A stretch of 64,000 bases of DNA from Octopus sinensis (Eukaryota). Positions within the stretch are counted from its first letter, which is position 1. Every line of letters begins with the position of its first letter. Shown here one piece after another: positions 26,305 through 39,100 of this stretch. Made by a program: the position numbers and the translations under genes. Under the pieces are notes generated by a model. The model did not search any database. It was not told the origin of the DNA and saw nothing but the letters and a program-made list of their open reading frames with translations. The DNA lies in assembly GCF_006345805.1 (NCBI RefSeq), contig NC_043019.1:18351360-18415359 (forward strand), written 5' to 3'.

Positions 26305-26947
26305 GCTATTTTCTGTCTTTACAAAATTTCATAAACACACTCGTGATGTACATGTTGGAAAATAAACATTTATGGCACTTTGTACCCTGAGCACACCTGT
26401 ATTTTTTTTTTCTATTTTATCCCACGAGAAAGAAACACGTTTTCAAACTTTTAATTTAGCCTCTCCCCATTTCAATTTTATATCTGTGCCTCACAAATTG
26501 GAAAATAAAAGTTGATTTCGATTGGAGTTGAGCTATAATTTAGAGTCTGTCCAGGGCAAATAAGGATATTTCATGTTTGTTTTTATTCTTCCCTAAATCT
26601 CGACTTTCAAAATGTATTTCAATTTTGATACAAAGCCACAAATTATTTTCGTGTTGTGTCTATAAAGAAATGTTATCGAGTTACTGATTTGCAACAAACT
26701 CCATTACCCAGCCATGCCATACACTACTTGTGACCCATGACCTGGTAGACCAATATTTTATCTATATTATCAATTTTATCAATGTTTTATCTGTTCAGGT
26801 ATTTTGTTTCTGATTTTTGTTTTGTTTGCCAGGATCTCACTTCCAATCTCACCTTTCAATAAATTTAATCAAGTAAGAATTTGATTTTCTTTTTCTTGTA
26901 GCAGTCAACAACAACAACAACAGCAAAAACAACACAAGCTTTTCACA

Positions 26948-27079
26948 ATGGACAAATGGGTTAAACGGACAGCCTTGGTTACTGGGGCTTCGTGTGGCAT
27001 TGGTGCCGCTATATGCAGAAAGTTGGGGAAGTCTGGCATGAATGTTGTTGGTTGCGGAAGAAATGTGCAGCGCATCCAA
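26948..27079 (+). CDS. DHRS11: Dehydrogenase/reductase SDR family member 11-like, coding exon 1
   Basis: MDKWVKRTALVTGASCGIGAAICRKLGKSGMNVVGCGRNVQRIQ; TGxxxGIG Rossmann motif; donor gtaatt at 27080. Confidence 0.93.
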
Positions 27080-27122
27080 GTAATTTTTATGTCTTTGAGA
27101 TTTTCTAATCACTTTCTTTCTT

Positions 27123-30100
27123 TATTTGTCTCTCCTTCCTTCATATACACTCTCACATTTGTCTCTCTTTCCTTCATATACACCCTCTTATTTCTCTCTC
27201 CTTCCTTCATATACACTCATATTTGTCTCACCTACCTTCATATACACTCTCATATTTGTCTCTCTTTCCTTCATATACACCCTCTTATTTCTCTCTCTTT
27301 CCCTCATGTACACTTTCATATTTGTCTCTCCTTCCTTCATATATACCCTCTTAATTCTCTCTCCTTCCTTCATATACACTCATATTTGTTTTTCCTTCCT
27401 TCATGTACATCCTCTTATTTCTCTCTCCTTCCTTCATATACACCCTCTTATTTCTCTCTCCTTCCTTCATATACACTCATATTTGTCTTTCCTTCCTTCA
27501 TATACATCCTCTTATTTCTCTCTCCTTCCTTCATATACACTCATATTTGTCTCTCCTTCCTTCATAAACACCCTCGTATTTTTCTCTCCTTCCTTCATAT
27601 ACACTCTCATATTTGTCTTTCCTTCCTTCATATACACCCTCTTATTTCTCTCTGCTTCCTTCATATACACTCATATTTGTCTCTGCTTCCTTCATATACA
27701 CTCATATTTCTCTCTCCTTCCTTCATATACACCCACTTATTTGTCTCACCTTCCATCAACTACGCTCACACATTTGTCTCTCCTTCCTTCATATACACTC
27801 TCATATTTGTCTCTCCTTCTTTCATATACACTTTCGTATTTGTCTCTCCTTCCTTCATATACACTCTCGTATTTGTCTCTCCTTTCTTCATATACACTCT
27901 CGGATTTGTCTCTCCCTCCTTCATATACACTCATATTTGTCTCTCCTTCCTTCATATACGCTCTCACATTTTTCTCTCCTTCCTTCATATACACTCTCGT
28001 ATTTGTCTTTCCTTCCTTCATAAACATTCTCGTATTTTTCTCTTCTTCATTCATATAAACCCACTTATTTGTCTCTCCTTCTTTCAAATACACTCTCCAA
28101 TTTGTCTCTCCTCCCTTCATATACACTTTCGTATTTGTCTCTCCTTCCTTCATATACACTCTCGTATTTGTCTCTCCTTCCTTCATATACACTATCGTAT
28201 TTGTCTCTCCTTCCTTCATATACACTCTCGAAGTTGTCTCCTTCCTTCATATACACTGATATTTGTCTCTCCTTCCTTCATATACGCTCTCACATTTTTC
28301 TCTCCTTCCTTCATATACACTGATATATGTCTCTCCTTCCTTCATATACACTCTCGTATTTGTCTCTCCTTCCTTCATATACACTCTCATATTTGTCTCT
28401 CTTTCCTTCATATACACCCTCTTATTTCTCTCTCCTTCACACATATACACTCTCATATTTGTCTCTCCTTCCTTCATACACACCCTCTTATTTCTCTCTC
28501 CTTCCTTCATATGCACTCTCATATTTGTCTCTCCTTCCTTCATATACGCCCTCTTATTTGTCACTCCTTCCTTCATATACACTCTCGTATTTGTCTCTCC
28601 TTCCTTCATATACACTCTCGTATTTGTCTCTCCTTCCTTCATATACACTCTCGTATTTGTCTCTCCTTCATTCATATACACTGATATTTGTCTCTCCTTC
28701 CTTCATATACGCTCTCGTATTTGTCTCTCCTTCCTTCATATACATTCTCGTATTTGTCTCTCATTCCATCATATACACACTCGTATTTGTCTCTCCTTCC
28801 TTCATATACGCTCTCACATTTTTCTCTCCTTCCTTCATATACACTGATATATGTCTCTCCTTCCTTCATATACACTCTCGTAATTGACTCTCCTTCCTTC
28901 ATATACACTCTGGAATTTGTCTCTCCTTCCTTCATATACACTCTCGTATTTGTCTCTCCTTCCTTCATATACGCTCTCACATTTTTCTCTCCTTCCATCA
29001 TATACACTGATATATGTCTCACCTTCCTTCATATACACTCTCGAATTTGTCTCTCCTTCCTTCATATACACTCTCGTATTTGTCTCCTTCCTTCATATAC
29101 ACTAATATTTTTTCTCCTTCCTTCATATACGCTCTCACATTTTTCTCTCCTTCCTTCATATACACTGATATATGTCTCTCCTTCCTTCACATACACTCTC
29201 GTAATTGACACTCCTTCCTTCATATACACTCTCGAATTTGTCTCTCCTTCCTTCATATACACTCTCGAATTTGTCTCTCCTTCCTTCATATACACTCTCG
29301 TATTTGTCTCTCCTTCCTTCATATACACTCTCGAATTTGTCTCTCCTTCCTTCATATACACTCTCGTAATTGACTCTCCTTCCTTCATATACACTCTCGA
29401 ATTTGTCTCTCCTTCCTTCATATACACTCTCGAATTTCTCTCTCCTTCCTTCATATACACTCTCGTATTTGTCTCTCCTTCCTTCATATACACTCTCGAA
29501 TTTGTCTCTCCTTCCTTCATATACACTCTCGTAATTGACTCTCCTTCCTTCATATACACTGATATTTGTCTCTCCTTCCTTCATATACGCTCTCACATTT
29601 TTCTCTCCTTCCTTCATATACACTGATATATGTCTCTCCTTCCTTCATATACACTCTCGTAATTGTCTCCTTCCTTCATATACACTGATATTTGTCTCTC
29701 CTTCCTTCATATACACTCTCGTATTTTTCACTCCTTCCTTCATATACACTCTCGTATTTGTCTCTCCTTCCATCATATACACTCTCGTGTTTGTCTCTCA
29801 TTCCTTTATATACACTCTCAAATTTGTCTCTCCTTCCATAATATACATTCTCGTCTTTGTCTCTCCTTCCTTCATATACACTCTCGTATTTGTCTCTCCT
29901 TCATTCATATACACTCTCGTATTTGTCTCCCCTTCATTCATATACACTCTCGTATTTGTCTCTCCTTCCTTCATATACACTCTTATATTTTTCTCTCCTT
30001 CCTCATATACACTCTCGTATTTGTCTCTCCTTCCATCATATACACTCTCGTATTTGTCTCTCTTTCCTTCATATACACTCTCGTATTTGTCTCTCCTTCC

Positions 30101-33100
30101 ATCATATACGCTATCGTATTTGTCTCTCCTTCCTTCTTATACACTCTCGTATTTGTCTCTCCTTCCTTCATATACACTCTAATATTTGTCTCTCCTTCCT
30201 TCATATACACTCTCGTATTTGTCTCTCCTTCCTTCATGTACACTCTCATATTTGTCTCTCCTTCCTTCATATACTCTCTCGTATTTGTCTCTCCTTCCTT
30301 CATGTACATTCTCGTATTTGTCTCTCTTTCCTTCATATACACTCTCATATTTGTCTCTCCTTCCTTCATATACACTCTCGTATTTTTCACTCCTTCCTTC
30401 ATATACACTCTCGTATTTGTCTCTCCTTCCATCATATACACTCTCGTGTTTGTCTCTCATTCCTTTATATACACTCTCAAATTTGTCTCTCCTTCCATAA
30501 TATACATTCTCGTCTTTGTCTCTCCTTCCTTCATATACACTCTCGTATTTGTCTCTCCTTCATTCATATACACTCTCGTATTTGTCTCCCCTTCATTCAT
30601 ATACACTCTCGTATTTGTCTCTCCTTCCTTCATATACACTCTCGTATTTGTCTCTCCTTCCATCATATACACTCTCGTCTTTGTCTCTCCTTCCTTCATA
30701 TACACTCTCACATTTGTCTCTCCCTTCTTCATATACACTCTCGTATTTGTCTCTCCTTCCTTCATATACACTCTCGTATTTGTCTCTCATTACATCATAT
30801 ACACTCTCGTATTTGTCTCTCCTTCCTTCATATACACTCTCGTATTTGTCTCTCCTTCCTTCATACTCACTCTCGTATTTGTCTCACCTTCCTTCATATA
30901 CACTCTCGTATTTGTCTCTCCTTTCTTCATATACACTCTAATATTTGTCTCTCCTTCCTTCATATACACTCTCGTATTTGTCTCTCCTTCCATCATATAC
31001 ACTCTCATATTTGTCTCCCCTTCCTTCATATACACTCTCGTATTTGTCTCTCCTTCCTTCATATACATTCTCGTCTTTGTCTCTCCTTCCATCATATACA
31101 CTCTCGTATTTGTCGCTCATTCCTTTATATACACTCTTAAATTTGTCTCTCCTTCCATCATATACACTCTCGTCTTTGTCTCTCCTTCCTTCATATACAC
31201 TCTCGAATTTGTCTCTCCTTCCTTCATATACACTCTCGAATTTCTCTCTCCTTCCTTCATATACACTCTCGTATTTGTCTCTCCTTCCTTCATATACACT
31301 CTCGAATTTGTCTCTCCTTCCTTCATATACACTCTCGTAATTGACTCTCCTTCCTTCATATACACTGATATTTGTCTCTCCTTCCTTCATATACGCTCTC
31401 ACATTTTTCTCTCCTTCCTTCATATACACTGATATATGTCTCTCCTTCCTTCATATACACTCTCGTAATTGTCTCCTTCCTTCATATAAACTGATATTTG
31501 TCTCTCCTTCCTTCATATACGCTCTCACATTTTTCCCTCCTTCCTTCATATAGACTGATATATGTCTCTCCTTCCTTCATATACACTCTCGTATTTGTCT
31601 CTCCTTCCTTCATATATGCTCTCACATTTGTCTCTCCTTCCTTCATATACACTTTCATATTTGTCTCTCTTTCCTTCATATACACCCTCTTATTTCTCTC
31701 TCCTTCCCTCATGTACACTCTCATATTTGTCTCTCCTTCCTTCATATATACCCTCTTAATTCTCTCTCCTGCCTTCATATACACTCATATTTTTCTTCCT
31801 TCCTTCATCTACACCCACTTCTTTGTCTCACCTTCCTTCATATACGCTCACACATTTGTCTCTCCTTCCTTCATATACACTCTCATATTTGTCTCTCCTT
31901 CTTTCATATACACTCATATTTGTCTCTCCCTCCATATACGCACTCACATTTTTCTCTCCTTCCTTCATATACACTGTCGTATTTGTCTCTCCTTCCTTCA
32001 TATACACTCTCGAATTTGTCTCTCCTTCCTTCATATACACTCTCGTATTTGTCTCTCCTTCCTTCATAAACACTCTCGTATTTTTCTCTTCTTCTTTCAT
32101 ATACACCCACTTATTTGTCTCTCCTTCTTTCAAATACACTCTCCAATTTGTCTCTCCTTCCTTCATATACACTCTCGTAATTGTCTCTCCTTCCTTCATA
32201 TACACCCACTTATTTGTCTCTCCTTCTTTCAAATACACTTTAAAATTTGTCTCTCCTTCCTTCATATACACTCTCGTATTTGTCTCTCCTTCCTTCATAT
32301 ACACTCTCGTATTTGTCTCTCCGTCCTTCATATACACTCTCATATTTGTCTCTCTTTCCTTCATATACACCCTCTTATTTCTCTCTCCTTCACACATATA
32401 CACTCATATTTGTCTCTCCTTCCTTCATATACACCCTCTTATTTCTCTCTCCTTCCTTCATATGCACTCTCATATTTGTCTCTCCTTCCTTCATATACAC
32501 CCTCTTATTTGTCACTCCTTCCTTCATATACACTCTCGTATTTGTCTCTCCTTCCTTCATATACACTCTCGTATTTGTCTCTCCTTCCTTCATATACACT
32601 CTCGTATTTGTCTCTCCTTCATTCATATACACTGATATTTGTCTCTCCTTCCTTCATATACGCTCTCGTATTTGTCTCTCCTTCCTTCATATACATTCTC
32701 GTATTTGTCTCTCATTCCATCGTATACACACTCGTATTTGTCTCTCCTTCCTTCATATACGCTCTCACATTTTTCTCTCCTTCCTTCATATACACTGATA
32801 TATGTCTCTCCTTCCTTCATATACACTCTCGTAATTGACTCTCCTTCCTTCATATACACTCTCGAATTTGTCTCTCCTTCCTCCATATACACTCTCCTAT
32901 TTGTCTCTCCTTCCTTCATATACGCTCTCACATTTTTCTCTCCTTCCATCATATACACTGATATATGTCTCACCTTCCTTCATATACACTCTCGAATTTG
33001 TCTCTCCTTCCTTCATATACACTCTCGTATTTGTCTCCTTCCTTCATATACACTAATATTTTTTCTCCTTCCTTCATATATGCTCTCACATTTTTCTCTC

Positions 33101-36100
33101 CTTCCTTCATATACACTGATATATATCTCTCCTTCCTTCACATACACTCTCGTAATTGACACTCCTTCCTTCATATACACTCTCGAATTTGTCTCTCCTT
33201 CCTTCATATACACTCTCGTATTTGTCTCTCCTTTCTTCATATACACTCTCGAATTTGTCTCTCCTTCCTTCATATACACTCTCGTAATTGACTCTCCTTC
33301 CTTCATATACACTCTCGAATTTGTCTCTCCTTCCTTCATATACACTCTCGAATTTGTCTCTCCTTCCTTCATATACACTCTCGTATTTGTCTCTCCTTCC
33401 TTCATATACACTCTCGAATTTGTCTCTCCTTCCTTCATATACACTCTCGTAATTGACTCTCCTTCCTTCATATACACTGATATTTGTCTCTCCTTCCTTC
33501 ATATACGCTCTCACATTTTTCTCTCCTTCCTTCATATACACTGATATATGTCTCTCCTTCCTTCATATACACTCTCGTATTTGTCTCCTTCCTTCATATA
33601 CACTGATATTTGTCTCTCCTTCCGTCATATACGCTCTCACATTTTTCTCTCCTTCCTTCATATAGACTGATATATGTCTCTCCTTCCTTCATATACACTC
33701 TCGTATTTGTCTCTCCTTCCTTCATATACGCTCTCACATTTGTCTCTCCTTCCTTCATATACACTTTCATATTTGTCTCTCTTTCCTTCATATACACCCT
33801 CTTATTTCTCTCTCCTTCCCTCATGTACACTCTCATATTTGTCTCTCCTTCCTTCATATATACCCTCTTAATTCTCTCTCCTGCCTTCATATACACTCAT
33901 ATTTTTCTTCCTTCCTTCATCTACACCCACTTCTTTGTCTCACCTTCCTTCATATACGCTCACACATTTGTCTCTCCTTCCTTCATATACACTCTCATAT
34001 TTGTCTCTCCTTCTTTCATATACACTCATATTTGTCTCTCCCTCCATATACTCTCTCACATTTTTCTCTCCTTCCTTCATATACACTGTCGTATTTGTCT
34101 CTCCTTCCTTCATATACACTCTCGAATTTGTCTCTCCTTCCTTCATATACACTCTCGTATTTGTCTCTCCTTCCTTCATAAACACTCCCGTATTTTTCTC
34201 TTCTTCTTTCATATACACCCACTTATTTGTCTCTCCTTCTTTCAAATACACTCTCCAATTTGTCTCTCCTTGCTTCATATACACTCTCGTAATTGTCTCT
34301 CCTTCCTTCATATACACCCACTTATTTGTCTCTCCTTCTTTCAAATACACTTTAAAATTTGTCTCTCCTTCCTTCATATACACTCTCGTATTTGTCTCTC
34401 CTTCCTTCATATACGCTCTCGTATTTGTCTCTCCTTCCTTCATATACACTCTCGAAGTTGTCTCCTTCCTTCATATACACTGATATTTGTCTCTCCTTCC
34501 TTCATAAACGCTCTCACATTTTTCTCTCCTTCCTTCATATACACTGATGTATGTCTCTCCTTCCTTCATATGCACTCTCGTATTTGTCTCTCCTTCCTTC
34601 AGATACACTCTCACATTTGTCTTTCATTCCTTCATATACACCCTCTTATTTCTCTCTCCTTCCTTCATATACACTCATATTTGTCTCTCCTTCCTTCATA
34701 TACACCCACTTATTTGTCTCTCCCTCCTTCATATACACCCTCTTATTTCTCTCTCCTTCCTTCATATACACTCATATTTGTCTCTCCTTCCTTCATATAC
34801 ACCCACTTATTTGTCTCACCTTCTTTCAAATACGCTCACACATTTGTCTCTCCTTCCTTCATATACACTCTCATATTTGTCTCTCCTTCCTTCATATACA
34901 CTTTCGTATTTGTCTCTTTTTCCTTCATATACACTCTAGTATTTGTCTCTCCTTCCTTCATATACGCTCTCACATTTTTCTCTCCTTCCTTCATATACAC
35001 TGATATATGTCTCTCCTTCCTTCATATACACTCTCGTATTTGTCTCTCCTTCCTTCATATACACTCTCGAATTTGTCTCTCCTTCCTTCATATACACTCT
35101 CGAATTTGTCTCTCCTTCCATCATATACACTCTCGTATTTGTCTCTCCTTCCTTCATATACACTCTCGAATTTCTCTCTCCTTCCTTCATATACACTCTC
35201 GTAATTGACTCTTCTTCCTTCATATACACGCTCGAATTTGTCTCTCCTTCCTTCATATACACTCTCGTATTTGTCTCCTTCCTTTATATACACTGATATA
35301 TGTCTCTCCTTCCTTCATATACACTCTCGTATTTGTCTCTCCTTCGTTCATATACACTCTCGTATTTGTCTCTCCTTCCTTCATATACACTCTCGTATTT
35401 GTCTCACCTTCCTTCATATACACTCTCGTATTTCTCTCTCCTTCCTTCATATACACTCTCATATTTGTCTCTCCTTCGTTCATAAACACTCTCGTATTTT
35501 TCTCTTCTTCCTTCTTATACACCCAATTATTTGTCTCTCCTTCTTTCAATTACACTCTCAAATTTGTCTCTCCTTCCTTCATATACACTCTCGTATTTGT
35601 CTCTCCTTCCTTCATAAACACTCTCGTATTTTTCTCTTCTTCCTTCATATACACCTACTTATTTGTCTCTCCTTCTTTCAAATACACTCTCCAATTTGTC
35701 TCTCTTTCCTTCATATACACTCTCGTATTTGTCTCTCCTTCCTTCATATACACTCTCGTATTTGTCTCTCCTTCCTTCATATACACTCTCGTATTTGTCT
35801 CTCCTTTCTTCATATACACTCTCATATTTTTCGCTCCTTCCTTCATATACACTGATATTTGTCTCTCCTTCCTTCATATACACTCCCACATTTGTCTCTC
35901 CTTCTTTCATATACTCTTCCATATTTGTCTCTCCTTCCTTCATATACACTCTCGTATTTGTCTCACCTTCCTTCATATACACTCTCGTATTTGTCTCTCC
36001 TTCCATCATATACACTCTCATATTTGTCTCTCCTTCCTTCATATACACTCTCGTATTTGTCTCTCCTTCCTTCATATACATTCTCGTCTTTGTCTCTCCT

Positions 36101-39100
36101 TCCATCATATACACTCTCGTATTTGTCTCTCATTCCTTTATATACACTCTTAAATTTGTCTCTCCTTCCATCATATACACTCTCGTCTTTGTCTCTCCTT
36201 CCTTCATATACACTCTCGTATTTGTCTCTCCTTCCTTCATATACACTCTCGTATTTGTCTCCCCTTCATTCATATACACTCTCACATTTGTCTCTCCTTC
36301 CTTCATATACACTTTCGTATTTGTCTCTCCTTCCTTCATATACACTCTCATATTTGTCCCTCCTTCCTTTCTATACACTCTCGTATTTGTCTCTCCTTCC
36401 TTCATATACACTTTCGTATTTGTCTCTCCTTCCTTCATATACACTCTCATATTTGTCCCTCCTTCCTTTCTATACACTCTCGTATTTGTCTCTCCTTCCT
36501 TAATATACACTCTCGTATTTGTCTCTCCTTCCTTCATATACACTCTTATATTTTTCTCTCCTTCCTCATATACACTCTCGTATTTGTCTCTCCTTCCATC
36601 ATATACACTCTCGTATTTGTCTCTCTTTCCTTCATATACACTCTCGTATTTGTCTCTCCTTCCATCATATACGCTATCGTATTTGTCTCTCCTTCCTTCT
36701 TATACACTCTCGTATTTGTCTCTCCTTCCTTCATATACACTCTAATATTTGTCTCTCCTTCCTTCATATACACTCTCGTATTTGTCTCTCCTTCCTTCAT
36801 GTACACTCTCATATTTGTCTCTCCTTCCTTCATATACTCTCTCGTATTTGTCTCTCCTTCCTTCATGTACATTCTCGTATTTGTCTCTCATTCCTTTATA
36901 TACACTTTCAAATTTGTCTCTCCTTCCATCATCATATACTCTCGTCTTTGTCTCTCCTTCCTTCATATACACTCTCGTATTTGTCTCTCCTTCCTTCATA
37001 TACACTCTCGTATTTGTCTCTCTTTCCTTCATATACACTCTCATATTTGTCTCTCCTTCCTTCATATACACTCTCGTATTTTTCACTCCTTCCTTCATAT
37101 ACACTCTCGTATTTGTCTCTCCTTCCATCATATACACTCTCGTGTTTGTCTCTCATTCCTTTATATACACTCTCAAATTTGTCTCTCCTTCCATAATATA
37201 CATTCTCGTCTTTGTCTCTCCTTCCTTCATATACACTCTCGTATTTGTCTCTCCTTCATTCATATACACTCTCGTATTTGTCTCCCCTTCATTCATATAC
37301 ACTCTCGTATTTGTCTCTCCTTCCTTCATATACACTCTCGTATTTGTCTCTCCTTCCATCATATACACTCTCGTCTTTGTCTCTCCTTCCTTCATATACA
37401 CTCTCACATTTGTCTCTCCCTTCTTCATATACACTCTCGTATTTGTCTCTCCTTCCTTCATATACACTCTCGTATTTGTCTCTCCTTACATCATATACAC
37501 TCTCGTATTTGTCTCTCCTTCCTTCATATACACTCTCGTATTTGTCTCTCCTTCCTTCATACTCACTCTCGTATTTGTCTCACCTTCCTTCATATACACT
37601 CTCGTATTTGTCTCTCATTCCTTTATATACACTCTCAAATTTGTCTCTCCTTCCATCATATACACTCATATTTGTCTCTCCTTCCTTCATATACACTCTC
37701 GTATTTGTCTCTCCTTCCTTCATATACACTCTCGTATTTGTCTCTCCTTCCTTCATATACACTCTTGTATTTGTCTCTCCTTTCTTCATATACACTCTAA
37801 TATTTGTCTCTCCTTCCTTCATATACACTCTCGTATTTGTCTCTCCTTCCATCATATACACTCTCATATTTGTCTCCCCTTCCTTCATATACACTCTCGT
37901 ATTTGTCTCTCCTTCCTTCATATACATTCTCGTCTTTGTCTCTCCTTCCATCATATACACTCTCGTATTTGTCTCTCATTCCTTTATATACACTCTTAAA
38001 TTTGTCTCTCCTTCCATCATATACACTCTCGTCTTTGTCTCTCCTTCCTTCATATACACTCTCGTATTTGTCTCTCCTTCCTTCATAAGCACTCTCGTAT
38101 TTGTCTCCCCTTCATTCATATACACTCTCACATTTGTCTCTCCTTCCTTCATATACACTTTCGTATTTGTCTCTCCTTCCTTCATATACACTCTCATATT
38201 TGTCCCTCCTTCCTTTCTATACACTCTCGTATTTGTCTCTCCTTCCTTCATATACACTTTCGTATTTGTCTCTCCTTCCTTCATATACACTCTCATATTT
38301 GTCCTTCCTTCCTTTCTATACACTCTCGTATTTGTCTCTCCTTCCTTCATATACACTCTCGTATTTGTCTCTCCTTCCTTCATATACACTCTTATATTTT
38401 TCTCTCCTTCCTCATATACACTCTCGTATTTGTCTCTCCTTCCATCATATACACTCTCGTATTTGTCTCTCTTTCCTTCATATACACTCGTATTTGTCTC
38501 TCCTTCCATCATATACGCTATCGTATTTGTCTCTCCTTCCTTCTTATACACTCTCGTATTTGTCTCTCCTTCCTTCATATACACTCTAATATTTGTCTCT
38601 CCTTCCTTCATATACACTCTCGTATTTGTCTCTCCTTCCTTCATGTACACTCTCATATTTGTCTCTCCTTCCTTCATATACTCTCTCGTATTTGTCTCTC
38701 CTTCCTTCATGTACATTCTCGTATTTGTCTCTCACTCCTTTATATACACTTTCAAATTTGTCTCTCCTTCCATCATATACACTCTCGTCTTTGTCTCTCC
38801 TTCCTTCATATACACTCTCGTATTTGTCTCTCCTTCCTTCATATACACTCTCGTATTTGTCTCTCCTTCCTTCATATACACTCTCATATTTGTCTCTCCT
38901 TCCTTCATATACACTCTCGTATTTTTCACTCCTTCCTTCATATACACTCTCGTATTTGTCTCTCCTTCCATCATATACACTCTCGTGTTTGTCTCTCATT
39001 CCTTTATATACACTCTCAAATTTGTCTCTCCTTCTATCATATACATACTCGTCTTTGTCTCTCCTTCCTTCATATACACTCTCGTATTTGTCTCTCCTTC

